From Aplysia californica (taxonomy: Eukaryota), in the NCBI RefSeq assembly GCF_000002075.1, contig NW_004798145.1, positions 71,749 through 135,748 on the forward strand: DNA of 64,000 nt, read 5' to 3'. How positions within the stretch are numbered: the stretch's first letter is position 1; each line of letters starts with the position of its first letter. Below are positions 26,801 through 38,868 of the stretch, in pieces. Both the position numbers and the translations under genes were made by a program. Under the pieces are notes generated by a model. The model saw only the letters and a list, made by a program, of their open reading frames with translations. It had not been told where the DNA came from and made no database searches.

Positions 26801-29800
26801 TAAAAAAGAAATTAAACTTAAGTGTGCTCTATAAATAGCATGTTTGAAAGCAGTTCTCTGCATATTTTTACTTCTGTTTGTTTTAAGTTTTTAGGATGTT
26901 AACAAGAAACAGCTGTTTCGTTTACAAATGGGTATACTACACTGCAACATTGCTTTAAGAGACGTTCCTGACCAAGTGTCTCAAAAGAGGCCTAGAAATT
27001 GAAGAAAAAAAAAAGGCTTGTTTTTTCTTACCTTTTTTTTTCTTTCGGAAATTGTACTCATTCATCATAAATATCTGCTTGCCTGGACTACAACTGTATC
27101 CTGGTATGTCAAATCTTCATTCTTTTCGAAAAATTTGGGTGGGTAATACATGCTTGCAGCTTGAAAACTACCTTTATTATGATGAAAATGCTAAATAATG
27201 CTTATTTTCAGTAACACTTGCTGTGACAAAACAGGAAATAGGTCTACAACTTGTAAGATTTAAAATAACTATAGATTCAAGATCCCATTTGCAATCTAAA
27301 GGGGGGAAAACCAGAATTTCAATAGGGAATAACCCAGTTTGTGAAAAAGTCCTTCATGTTCCCTTTCCCTCTCACAGCTGTCCATCGACACTGATGATAA
27401 CTAAAGCAGTATACATGATACACCTTTGCCTGAGGGGGTAGAGAAAGTAGATTGTCTTACTACCACTCTCCTCCCTTCAGATCTTCACCTTTTTTTTTGT
27501 TCGAAAAGAGAGCCATAGTCAGTGCTTGGAATAAAAGAAAGTGTGAGGGTGATTCTTATTACTTACATGTATGATAAGGATATTCTAGGGGGGGGGGGGG
27601 GGGATCTTTTGAATTTCAAAATTTGGGCAAGTGTGTCCTACTCCTCTATGATCTTTAACCACCAAAAGATCTTTGATATGCTCAACATGTAAACGGAACC
27701 TATGCACTTTATGATACCTGGACAAGTAATTCAAGTTGTATGATGGTTGCAGCTGGGATTGATCAACACTGACCACTGCGGGCACCTTATTTCTCGGGAC
27801 TTCCTTGTCCAAAACCTGGGCAAGAATAAAAGACACAAATGACTCTTGTGATGAATTGTAAAACAGCATGAACAGACTAAAAGGAACGAATTGTCAACCT
27901 CAATGCTTTTCTGGAAGAATAGGAAAAGGCAAAAAAGGGGATGGAGGTTAAAAGACGAGGCCACAATGAAATGATTCCGACAATACCCCACTAAAATATA
28001 TTTAAATAGGGAATTCAGTCAAACCTGGTCTAATGGCTACCTGCCAAAGACAATCATCTATCCAAATGACCACTTCCTGCTTCCCCTCCTGCATACCCCC
28101 CCCCCCCTATAAAAATAAGATAAGATAATATGTTATTGTTCTTATGGGAAATTGTCTGTGGCTCTACAGGAATGGTCATAACACATGTGGATATGCATAG
28201 AATTTTAAAGCAAATTATTTTCATAAAAGCATTTCAAATATGAAAAGAAAAAGAAGACATATTATAATTACATTATGGTCCAAGACATCCATTTGCCAAA
28301 GACAACCTAGGACAATTTTGTCACTATTTTTATTTTCTACATTTTCCAAAATATGAAGATTATACATTGCGTCATCTGCACTATTGCCTAATAATATGAT
28401 ACCAGCTGAGCTAACAATGCACCAAAAACTAAGACAGCCTGAGACAGCAGAAAAAGAGATACTATGGACGACCCACTCAGAGTTTTTGCGACTTTCCACC
28501 CAATAAAGCTGTGTGTACAATAGATAATAACTCACCCAATGGTCAAGAAGAGGTGTAGTGGCAGTGGCGTTATAGTGAAAGAAGTAGAAGTTGTACATCC
28601 CAAATAGGAATGTGTTGGTGGGGTGCTTGATGCCTGGGACCTGCAGCTGAAACACAAACAGTGAAACAAAAAATTGTAAAGGGATGACAACAATGCTATG
28701 ATTTCAACAAAAATACTCCCCAAAAATTACATGAAATTATTATTTTTCTGGCTTTTCAAAATACGATTTAAGACAAAGTAATTACTCGTGCAAGCTAGCT
28801 ATTTTATCCTTGGCATTACCCACACTTATTCTGTCAACCAAAAATGTCTCCTCTTCCCTTAGACTTACTTAAAAATTTGATGGCGGACATTATTATTCAT
28901 AATGTGTTTCCAATATATATCAAGTGGGTTAGATACAATAGACATCCTATTCCCACTTTTGAGACATAATTCACACAGAAATCCACAATCCTCCTCACTT
29001 TAAAGAACAATTTGATAGCTCTGACATTCTTTGCTTCAAATCAATCAAGTGGGATTGGCAATATAGAAATACAAAACACTTTTGAGATGCAATCCAGACA
29101 AACAAGTAAAACTTACTGAGTTGGCAAAGAAGACCAAACCCGACAAGCAGACATGGCACTCGATTTTCACCTTGCATGTCTGCCCGTTGCCCATCCACAC
29201 ACGCACAACCAAGACTGACAGCTTCGTCAAGAGAATAACTTGGAATGAAAGAGGAACTAAAACACTCCGTTTGATGTTTGGCTTTAATAAAGGGTTTTAC
29301 AACACTTGCAAAACAAACATGTCTTATTAGTGCCTCCTCCAATTAGAGGTGTTACTAGAGGATTACAAACACAAACAAATCAAGGAGGAGTGCTAAGGAC
29401 AATTGATCATTTATTGGAAAGAAGGAGCAACCCACACCAGAGGACCTGCGAAACACTCACACACTCCCTTTCAAAACATGGAGCAAATCAAAGACTTCAA
29501 TCACCAGCAAAGATTATATATATATTTAGAAATATATAGTCTCGCATATTTTCAGCTTCACACTATGAATGAAAGCTAGAAAGAAATATATGCCTTTCTG
29601 GGTATTGACCACTTCCAAGGAGCTGTGCTTTACAATTTTGTTACTGCCAAAATACATTTTTTTGTTATTGAAGAGATGTTTAAATTAATAATGCACCGAT
29701 CGACTCATTAGATCATATAGGATCAGGATTGAACCCTGCCTGTCAGGAACAAAGCGGACTGAGAGGGACACAATGTCCCAGCAGACAAATGTAGATGCTC

Positions 29801-31011
29801 ATTAAAAAGAAGCTCCCAAATTATCATAGTTGACCTCATGCTATCATGTGAAGGCGAAGCACTTAATTGCAACACAGCAGACGCTGGTCATATCCATTGC
29901 CCTTTCCCAAAAATTAATTGTAACACAGCAGACGCTGGTCATATCCATTGCCCTTTCACAAAAAATTAATTGCAACACAGCAGACGCTGGTCATATCCAT
30001 TGCCCTTTCACAAAAATTAATTGCAACACAGCAGACGCTGGTCATATCCATTGCCCTTTCACAAAAATTATCTTCAATAAACATCAACCTTCCCAACAGA
30101 AAGGGAGCGGGTAAAAATATTTCATGATATCATAGCACCCCTACAGCAATTTGGTTTTTCAGTATTCTCGGAATAAAACATGTGTTGAAAAATGGTCCCC
30201 TTGTACAGAAAAGTCATTGTAAGGATGTTTCAACAGTACATCAGATTTTGTTAGGACACATCAACATATTCAACCTTTGATAAAGGATACACTTTGAGGT
30301 GAGATCCACTTCTGAGTCAAAACGATGTAAATCGAAACTTTGCCATGTGGGATTCTGAAATTTAAAAAAAAGAAGTATTTCATCAAATAGGTGTGGTGAC
30401 AAGGGAAAACACGACTTGATGGTCCAGATAAAGAATTCTTAATAACAATTGTTTCTTAAACTACATTCAATTGTGAGTATTTTGCTTTTATTTCAACTAA
30501 ATCCATCCATAAGAACCATAGATACAAATGTATGCCCTTATGAATAACCTGGGGGTAGCAAATTAAAAGCTGAGAAAATGGCCATTGAAGTAGATCACAG
30601 AAATTCAAGCTATCAAACTAAGTCATTAACCAAAGAAGCCACGTTGTCGTTTGTTGTCTTCCCGAAATTGAACTTGCCCCAATTCTTTTTAAGACTCGCA
30701 TTCCATATAATGCACCGATCGACTCATTAGATCATATGGGATCAGGATTGAACCCTGCCTGTCAGGAACAAAGGGGATTGAGAGGGACACAATGTCCCAG
30801 CAGACAAATGGACTCGGCCAAAACTCAAAATTTCCTACCAACTGCAAAATGTTTAATTTGTCCTGCGTGGTCATATGACCTTATGCAGCTGCGAGTGTCA
30901 TAAAACACTTACCAAAAAAAAAAGAAAAGAAAAAAAAGAAAAGAAAAACTTTAAAATAACATGCTTAAAGTAATTTTGAAATGGTTTTAGTAAGACAGGA
31001 ATGCATAGAAA

Positions 31012-31063
<52 letters not shown>

Positions 31064-34000
31064 ACAACTGAGAAGACGTAAAGTGGATAAAGATAATATA
31101 AAGTTATAGATCCCTTTATGCACTTCGTCAAAACCGTGTATATGTTCACTTAATTTTTACCATAAATCTCGTTCGGTCTAATTGTGTGCACTTTTTTTTT
31201 TTGAAAATCAGATTTTATTTATGCAAAACTGATCGTCTTTCAAAAGGAAAAGATTTTAAAAATCAAATTCTGTTATCGGTATTTCGCAACCTCAGAATTA
31301 CAAATTTCTATCCGCACAGTACCTAGTTTTGATAAAATCGAATTTGAAAATTTTAAGTTTTTAACAACATGGTCAGGCGTTTTTGAAAGCACCATATTTC
31401 TCAATTATTCATGTAACATGATGCAAAGTGAGTTGTAACAGGTGGTTTTAAGTCATTTTGGCTGTGATTCTTTCCAGATAGAGTATTGTTTGCAGATAGA
31501 TTTTTGTTATTTTCAAGAAAGCTTGCTACTAAGCTCAGAATTACAAAATTCTACCTGCAAAATCAGAAAAATCTCTGGTTTTGGCCCCAAGAGTAATGAA
31601 ATACAAATAGTATCTTAATATATGTCAGGGTTAGGGGGTAGGGGAAGGATTGCAGGATTGGAGAATAATAGGGTAGTAAGTAAAGTAATCGTTGGGGCCT
31701 AAACTGGATTATATCCTGAAAAATCACTGGTGTAATTTAGTTACACTGGTATCGTCTTCTCTTGCTTTTCTATTTAGTTAGGCATTTTCTCACTAGTTTT
31801 ACCTCTGACAGCAGGTAACCCTCACCTTCTTCAATCGCGAATATCTCTACTTCTATTCAATACAGATGCCCATTTTTTTTCACCTAAAACAAGACAAATA
31901 AACAAACTTTAAAATGATAGCAATAACTTTACATGACCCAACACTGACGAGAGCTTGATTCAAACGTATCGTTACACAATTCTTCTCTTGAAGATAGAAC
32001 ATTGTGATTCTGAAAGGATCCTCTGGTATTCAGATAGAACAATGTAATTTTGTGGGGTCTTGTTAATGACTGAATTATCTTAAAATTCTTATAGAACAGA
32101 CAGAATTTGGTTTCTGGCCTCATGGTCCTAATAACTCAAAATGGCCAAAAATGTCAGATACAACTTCGCAATTCTGAGGTAGCGATTTGCAAAACACTGG
32201 ATCTAGGGACAGTAAAAGTTTATAACACAAGCATGTTAACAAACATAATGCATTATTCACTTTTAAAACATTTGATAGAAACTTCAAAAATTTTACTGAA
32301 AAGCTAAAATCACATACCAGGGAGCCTGTGATCCTTTCACTAGTGTAGAAAGCTGGAGATGGAAATTAAATTTTGGTAATCACAATAATATGACATACAA
32401 ACATACAGGGAGAGACAACTACAACTTCATCCCCCTAATTCAATAAAATTCATTAGCCTCATTCATAAAATCCCATTACAAGCTTTCACCACTGACTAGC
32501 TAAAATCTATAATGAAATCTGCTTTATTGGCCACCATCACCAGTCCAAACGACCAGTTCCTTTTCCTCCTTGCATTTTAAAAATATCAATTTACGACATT
32601 GTTCAAGATGTTCACCCACCTCAGACAATCACTTTTCTCCGGAACAACAATGGGTGGCAGTCTTTCAAGAATAACTTTGACAGTATATATCAAATAAAGT
32701 TCTGCAGAGTACTGACAAAAAAGATGTCTGTTCTATCAGTGTATTTTAAAAGAAATATTAATTTCTAAGGACAGGTAAATGTTGTGTTGTAATTACACCT
32801 TCTCAAGATTATGAACTCGGGCACCACTCTCAACAAAGTCAATAATTTTTTTGTAAAAATATACAATTACCTAAATACAATATATATAATTTAATAATAT
32901 AAATGATTACCATTGCTCTTCTCATTAGTGTGAAGCGTGAAGAAAACCTGTAGTGAGCTAAAGTCAAGATCAGCATCCTGCGGACAGCGGAGATTTCTCA
33001 CAGCAATGCTCTGAAGGTGCCTTAAACGGCGCTGCAGAAACAACAACAGTGCCCTTTCTCATAAGAAAAATTTACATAATAAAATTAATGAAAAAATTCA
33101 GACATGACATAGAACAAATGTGCACGACCCATCCTTTCCATAAGCACCAACACCAAAGGCAGGGAAAAAAAGCAGTCTACTGCCAAATCAAATCTTTATT
33201 AATTAAATCAATGAAACAGCAGAAAAGTGAAAAAAAGAAAACCTGAGCAAACTAGGCAAAAAAATCTTGACAAAACCAACATTTCCTCCAGATACCTCTG
33301 AATTACTCATCATTTCTTATATGAGAATTGACTTAGAACCTGTATGTATGTGTATAAATAATGTGTGTTTTAATTTCATACTTTTCGGCTACTTACTTAA
33401 ATTAAAACAACAGTAACAACATTATCTAACCCTAAAAATTAAAAGAAGACAAAAACCTCAATATCACAGGGATCATTTATCTATTCTTCATGCTATAAGT
33501 GTAGTGTTGTATTTTTATAGAATCACTCCTTCTCGCGGCTGCTATCCATGCCAGTTTGGCTTTTTGTTTTGTTTATCATGCACTCTTTTGTAGTCATTCG
33601 GGCGGATCTCCCCCTCTTGAAACTAATCATTTGCTGCGTTTTTTAATGCCAAAATCATGTTCAGTTCCCTAAAAAACCCATAAAAAGTTATAATATAAAA
33701 CCCTTTATGAGACGGGAGTGAATCTATAAGTTTTTACCCATTTTTAATCATAGGGGTGGGGGAGGGAAGAAACTGCTTTCAAGTCACACAATGATCTCAA
33801 TTGAAAGTAAAAAGTCAATCCAGAGACAGAGATAGAGATGGGACTTCGTAATTTAAACCCAACTAGGAATCCCAACAGCTGTATCTCAACTGTGTCAAGC
33901 CTCTAGGTAAAATAAATTATAGTTAGAGCTGTCGTCTCGTACAGATGATATTGTTGAGCAAGATGTCAAGATAGTGGGTTTAAAATTTGGGTTTATTCAT

Positions 34001-37000
34001 GAATCGCACCTAATTGTATTCTCAGATCTCCATTATATTCAAATCTTAGTGCTTTTTTAACTCTTTCCAGACGTATTGCCGATATATCGGCGCGAGTCCA
34101 CATCCCTTGAGGACGTATCGCCGATATATCGGCTATGATAGGGTGCCTTCAGTATTGTTTCGTTTTAACACGATCCGTCATTTATAATTACTTTTTATTG
34201 CTATTGAAAAACTCGGAAAGGATTTAGAAAATGAAAACATCTAGTTTCACTTTGTCAAAGCGTGGGTTTGGGGAAAAACAAGTGAATTAGTTCTTACTGT
34301 CTTGCATCACAACAAAGCGATGTAACCGGACTCATTTATATCATAACCCAAACAAAAATTGGAATATTGCTTTCAAATAAAAAGCTGCGCATTCAGAAAT
34401 TTATGGATTATGCTCTTGGCCTGTATGATAAGATAGCTATGCTGATTTGCTTTCACATGTTTGGTGAATGTAATTTTTTCCGTCAAAATTTATTTTTCTC
34501 ATCACCATCGCCATTTCTAACCCTTCTAATTTGAATGCACGATACTTTTTTATGTTTCAAAATTAACCCTTGTTACATTATATTGGGATGTATTCCACAT
34601 TAAGTTTCCTTCAATTTGATACGTTTTGAGTGATGGTTATGCTTCTATGATGAAGTATTTTGTACATCACCTGCATCTAGGCTGTGAATAAAGCACACTT
34701 TTCTTTCCTTGGATCACCATCAAAGAAAATGTCAACTTTTAGTGGTGTTGTTACATATATATCAGTGCAGATATGAAGAAGACATTCATGATGGAAATGT
34801 AGATCTGCAGCTCATGCCAAATACTTCTCACAAAATTAGATTGACACTATGAGGACCCCTGGCAAAATATAGAAGATATAGAAGTTTCTGGAGTCAAGAA
34901 AGTGTACAGAATGATTTGGGAACCTTGCAGAGAAGTTACCATGCATTCACACGACAGATAAGATGTCTAGTACAATGTGTACTCCTTAGAGGGGTTTAGG
35001 AATGCAAGTGATCCATCTCGAAGTGATGACTATGTGGTCAGTATTTGGGATTGGATGCTTGTGAGATGTGATGAGAAAAAATACCATGGAGAAGTGACAG
35101 GAAAGGGGACAAGAGGGTTATGGAGAATGTCATGTCACATTTTACAGGAAAATGGAAGTGGCTTGGAATGAGAGATGAGATTTACCGAGCTATTGAATCA
35201 TATAATGACATAAAGGAAGATTACTACACCAAAACTCATTTTGTCCCCTGGTCAGTTACAATTTCAGCTTCAAACATCAACTTGTTCCATTGTGATATGT
35301 TTCAGTATGGTAATTTGCTTTTCTTTGCCTATTTCTATCATTACTTTTGAAGATTTGCTTGTTTTGTATGAATGTAACAAAGGTAACTTTTGATGTAACA
35401 CGACTTCCACCCCATTCTACGAGATTCAGGGACTTACTTACAAGAACTGATATTACTGAGTTATTTCCTACCGTCAACTTCACACGTTCATGGAAGCATT
35501 TGATTATAGCTCTCTTTTAAAATTTATTAAATGTGTGGGAAAGCTTCTGTATGTTTTGTGTTTCGTGTGTTACATTGTCACGAGAGGTGGACATTCTCTC
35601 TAATGTGGTCATAACATATGCATTTAACCAGAAATTGTTTTTGCATTCCAGTAAAGTATGCTAGGAGAGTACACAAACATAAAGATAACAGGATTATTTT
35701 ATTCTGTCATTGAAACAAAAAATTCTTTACTAAATGGTATTTTTGTCTTTGCCATGACATTTTCCTTTCTCACTTTTCACCATGCATTTTTTATATGAAA
35801 GGGACGGTTTCTACCATTTTTGAGTTCAGAACTACACCAATAAACCTTTCTGCTGAACATTTCACATGGTACTGAGTTGATTTCATCAATTTAATCTTTT
35901 TGCATTTTGGTGGACGGCTCGTGGAATGGGCCATCAGACCCCCCAAAAAATTACGTCCGGAAAGAGTTTTTAACTCTTTAACCTTATATTTCAAATTTAC
36001 ATCATGAACATTAACAACAAATCAATTAAATTGGGCCTCCCTTACACACTCTAAACAATCCAACCGATTCCAAATTAAATCTAACTTGGAACTTGGTGAG
36101 AATTAAACTTTAAGACAAGAAAAGTTTCTTCTGAATGGCAGAGGTAGATCTTCCTGAAAGACTTATCAAGCACTTCCTCCTTGCAAAGGAAACTGAAAAA
36201 AATTATATCAGCAATAGAACACACTTCATGAGAAGTGTTGAGCATTTTGGCGATGTCAACATGAAAAAAGCACTTTGTTGATTTGAAGGCGCCCAAAAAA
36301 GACGAGAAGGTATTCACTCATTTTTTAAATATAGTTAGTTGCACTCCAACATCACCAAGGATGAGAGTCAGCGAGAGGCACTCGGCTGACAGAGTGTGGG
36401 CTGCTTTTACAATCTACCCTGCCCTTCCCTTTTCCCTCAGCCCGGCCAGACACAGAGTTCTATAATACCATTGAGCCCTAAACTCTTTAAATGCACAGTC
36501 TTCAGAGGAGTGCGACGAGAAGGTATGATTATGACCAGGAATTCTGTATGCTGTGTTCAGTGCGTGTGCATTTTAAGTACACCGTTGTATCTGATTCTAG
36601 TCTAGACTTGATCTAATCTGGACAGGACAGCACCATGTCATTGGTACGATATCAAATTTCTTAAGACTACACGTAATTGGTGTGGGTGTGCGTGTGTATG
36701 TCGTGAGGGGTAGATCTAGCGAAGATGTAGATCCGAGAGTGTGTGAATCATCATTGCCTTTTTCACCCTGAATCAGGGTGCATAGGCCACAGACAAACAC
36801 TTTCCACCTTTCTCTATCCTGGGCTAGCCTCTTGATGTTATTCCAAGTCTTCCCACTTTTGAAATTCGGTACATCAATTTCTGTAATTCTTCTCCAGGTT
36901 CCATGCGGTCTTCCCCTTGATCTCGTATCCCGTGGATTCCAATCCAACACTTTCTTTGTTAAATCATTAAATGCCAGTGCCTGACTTCCTGAGAGTATGT

Positions 37001-38868
37001 TGATCCATCGCATCCGCCTTCTTCCTACTTCATCTCTGCCTGGGATCTGTCTTGTTTTCATTAACACTTCCTCGTTGGTGACCCTATCTGTCCATCTGAT
37101 CCTCAGTAAACTGTCTTAGAGTAGACACCAAGAAAACCTGGATCCTCTTATATATGCAAGTCTGTGATGTGTTCCATGTCTCACATCCATACGACAGCAC
37201 AGACTTCACATTTGAATCGAAAATCCTCAGCTTTGTTGGAAGTGAAAAATCTCTTGTCTTCCAAAAATCCTATCTAAAGATATGAACTTTATTTCTGCAC
37301 CTGTTCCTTCCTCCCTCGAGTCTGAATAACATTTTTTCATATTCGGATTCGAGTCCGAATAAAAAAAATTCTTATTCGGACTCGAGTCCGAATACGAAAA
37401 AATGTTATTCGGACTCGGGTCCGGAAAAAAGGAAGTGTCTTCATTCTATAGTCCCCCCCCTCCCCCCCCCACACACACATCTTTTCTGCCGATCCGATGC
37501 CCGCCGCCTCATTGATACGCCCCCCCCCCTCACCCCCCATGTTTCCCACTTTCTTTGTTGTAGAAAAAGGTGAAATTGAAGATTAGCAGACCACCTGGCA
37601 CCTGCATATTATGAGCTGTTTATCCAGAAAAAGTTGTGTTGCTGTGTAGAGCTGAGCATACGGCAACTTTTGATTCCATAGACCAGCGCACAATTCATTA
37701 CGTAGATCTACATCAAGACTAGCTTATTATTGTAATAATGATCAGTTGCCGGGGGGGGAGACTGACGCGTATGCGACGTTCAACGCCCGGACCGATAGTG
37801 CCCCCCCCCACCCCCCTCCTCGACATGCACACAGCCACACGTGTGCAGGCCGCCCATCCGACCCCGACACACGCTAACGAGCCATCTTTAATTGCTTCTG
37901 ATAACTTCTTGACAAATAAACATTTATTAGAAGCGCTATAAAATTTCAGGCCGGCCTCAAATTCATCGTAAGATTAAAACTCGGCTCCTGCACAAAACGC
38001 CTTTTTGCGAAGTGATCTCTACCCAGCTTGAGGCGAGTCACGAGTGAGGCAGGACAGGAAGCCAGAGTCACGAGTCACAGGAAGTCGGAAGTGATGTCAT
38101 GCTGGACAAGAATCAGAGTCCGAATAACATTTTTTCATATTCGGACTCGAGTCCGAATAATCACTTCGTCAAAAATTATAACTCCCAAGATAGCAGAAGG
38201 ATTCAACCTCTTTTAGTGTATTTCCTTCTATTGTGACCTGCTCCTTTTGTTGTGCATCTGTCTTTCGGACCTTTGACTTTCCGGGGTGTATCCTCAATCC
38301 AATAGTAACAGACTCTGAAAGGCTGTTACTGTAAAAAAAAGTCTTCGCTTGGGCGGGGTGCAGCAGTCAGCAGAAGCGCGAAGGCGAAGTCGTCCACAAA
38401 GTCCAGATCGTCCAACTGTGTCCATGGGGTAGCCTACACTGTACAATTTCTATGTCCTCTGGTGGTTTCTTTCATCAGCAAATCGACTGCCAATGAAGAG
38501 GAAAGGGGTAAACTAAAGTAGATTCTAAAGATCCCTGCCTCACACCAGTCTTTGACTTTGACTTGAGGGTGTCAAGTGTGTGTGCATGTTTTGTCGTTTT
38601 TTGTTGGCGTTGGGGGGATTTCAATTTTTTATTGAGGGGGAGGGGGGGGTTGGGGACAAAGGGGAGGAGGTGGGAAAAGGGAATCGAAGTGCTAGGCAAG
38701 ACGGTTAGTTCTACAAACTACAGTACAAGCCGCCCCTGGTAAACACCCTCTTTCTTCTTCTGAGTCGTTGTCTTGTGATTTTGTTTACAAAACAAAAGGA
38801 CAACAAACCTGATACGTCTGCAAGTTGAATGGGCTTTTCACAACAGGAAAATCCTCGGATGAATGCAT
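13910..38868 (-). CDS. UVRAG: UV radiation resistance-associated gene protein (PI3KC3 complex II subunit, Vps38-like); 16 coding exons, 774 aa
   Basis: Exons 38868-38809, 33031-32911, 32352-32318, 30354-30291, 29214-29117, 28646-28536, 27815-27718, 26117-26012, 25035-24909, 23197-23113, 22343-22253, 20174-20114, 18944-18779, 18214-18136, 16691-16597, 14837-13910 join in phase (2325 nt) with GT-AG ends. Motifs [89 protein letters not shown] and [12 protein letters not shown] match UVRAG. Confidence 0.95.
14850..15020 (-). mobile_element. Short non-tRNA retroposon (GTGGGTGGTTGG... family)
   Basis: Homologous to 56245-56415; ends ~14 nt upstream of the UVRAG exon 16 acceptor. Confidence 0.7.
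16597..16691 (-). CDS. UVRAG: UVRAG exon 15
   Basis: [31 protein letters not shown]; AG/GTAAGT. Confidence 0.93.
16858..17042. other. Assembly gap in GA-rich repeat
   Basis: N run. Confidence 0.95.
18136..18214 (-). CDS. UVRAG: UVRAG exon 14
   Basis: [26 protein letters not shown]. Confidence 0.95.
18779..18944 (-). CDS. UVRAG: UVRAG exon 13
   Basis: [54 protein letters not shown]. Confidence 0.95.
20114..20174 (-). CDS. UVRAG: UVRAG exon 12
   Basis: [20 protein letters not shown]. Confidence 0.93.
21006..21201. mobile_element. CpG-rich MITE-like element with imperfect TIRs and an internal hairpin
   Basis: caggttccgacaatt.../...gattgtcggcaaacatg inverted ends; internal gtcggcac-10nt-gtgccgac stem. 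Confidence 0.4.
22253..22343 (-). CDS. UVRAG: UVRAG exon 11
   Basis: [30 protein letters not shown]. Confidence 0.93.
22370..22542 (-). mobile_element. Short non-tRNA retroposon with a 20-bp target-site duplication
   Basis: Homologous to 56245-56415; flanked by identical acaggcaaaatgtcaatcaa at 22350-22369 and 22543-22562. Confidence 0.85.
23113..23197 (-). CDS. UVRAG: UVRAG exon 10
   Basis: 85 nt, phase 1 to phase 2, [27 protein letters not shown]; AG/GT. Confidence 0.8.
24909..25035 (-). CDS. UVRAG: UVRAG exon 9 (coiled coil)
   Basis: [42 protein letters not shown]. Confidence 0.9.
26012..26117 (-). CDS. UVRAG: UVRAG exon 8
   Basis: [35 protein letters not shown]. Confidence 0.93.
27718..27815 (-). 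CDS. UVRAG: UVRAG exon 7
   Basis: [32 protein letters not shown]. Confidence 0.88.
28536..28646 (-). CDS. UVRAG: UVRAG exon 6 (alternative in-frame acceptor at 28640 possible)
   Basis: [37 protein letters not shown]; donor GTGAGT. Confidence 0.82.
29117..29214 (-). CDS. UVRAG: UVRAG exon 5 (C2 domain)
   Basis: [33 protein letters not shown]. Confidence 0.88.
29215..30290 (-). other. U12-type (minor spliceosome) GT-AG intron, UVRAG intron 4
   Basis: 5' splice site GTATCCTTT (30290-30282); branch-site-like TCTCTTGAC (29234-29226) close to the AG; no polypyrimidine tract. Confidence 0.8.
29863..30070. repeat. Tandem repeat, 51-52 bp unit x4
   Basis: ttaattgcaacacagcagacgctggtcatatccattgccctttcacaaaaa starting at 29863, 29914, 29966, 30017. 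Confidence 0.92.
30291..30354 (-). CDS. UVRAG: UVRAG exon 4
   Basis: [21 protein letters not shown]. Confidence 0.92.
31016..31056. repeat. (TA)n microsatellite
   Basis: Direct observation. Confidence 0.95.
31283..32185. mobile_element. Non-autonomous TIR DNA element (~900 bp)
   Basis: Imperfect inverted ends tcgcaacctcagaattacaaatttctatc / gatacaacttcgcaattctgaggtagcga; internal subterminal copy at ~31531. Confidence 0.55.
32318..32352 (-). CDS. UVRAG: UVRAG exon 3 (35 nt)
   Basis: [12 protein letters not shown]. Confidence 0.9.
32911..33031 (-). CDS. UVRAG: UVRAG exon 2
   Basis: [40 protein letters not shown]. Confidence 0.95.
34061..35966. mobile_element. ~1.9 kb TIR DNA element (TTAA-flanked on the left, piggyBac-like termini) carrying a decayed coding remnant
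   Basis: TIR ctctttccagacgta / tacgtccggaaagag; subterminal palindromes gccgatatatcggc x2; frameshifted [17 protein letters not shown]...[10 protein letters not shown] remnant at ~35030-35190. Confidence 0.6.
36745..38585 (-). mobile_element. RTE-clade LINE 3' half (RT domain to 3' end), interrupted by a palindrome-rich insertion
   Basis: KTGVRQG (~38535-38555), LDDLDFVDD (~38390-38416), and the [19 protein letters not shown]...[16 protein letters not shown]-terminus with a short GAT tail. Confidence 0.8.
37312..38165. mobile_element. Palindrome-rich non-autonomous DNA element nested in the RTE LINE
   Basis: Repeated 22-bp palindrome tattcggactcgagtccgaata (37373-37394, 38138-38159) plus variants at both ends; CpG-rich. 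Confidence 0.6.
38809..38868 (-). CDS. UVRAG: UVRAG exon 1 (coding part)
   Basis: [20 protein letters not shown]|gt, phase 0, joining RRLRHL as in the human ...PSQQ|RRLRHL junction. Confidence 0.8.

Noticed and set aside
27711-27717. UVRAG intron 7 donor GTATCAT resembling a U12 5' splice site
   Set aside because: Lacks the full ATCCTT core, and no U12 branch consensus precedes the 26117 acceptor; treated as U2.
31933-32009. AG/GT-bounded 77-nt open segment in UVRAG intron 3
   Set aside because: Frameshifting length, no UVRAG similarity, and it lies inside a DNA transposon.
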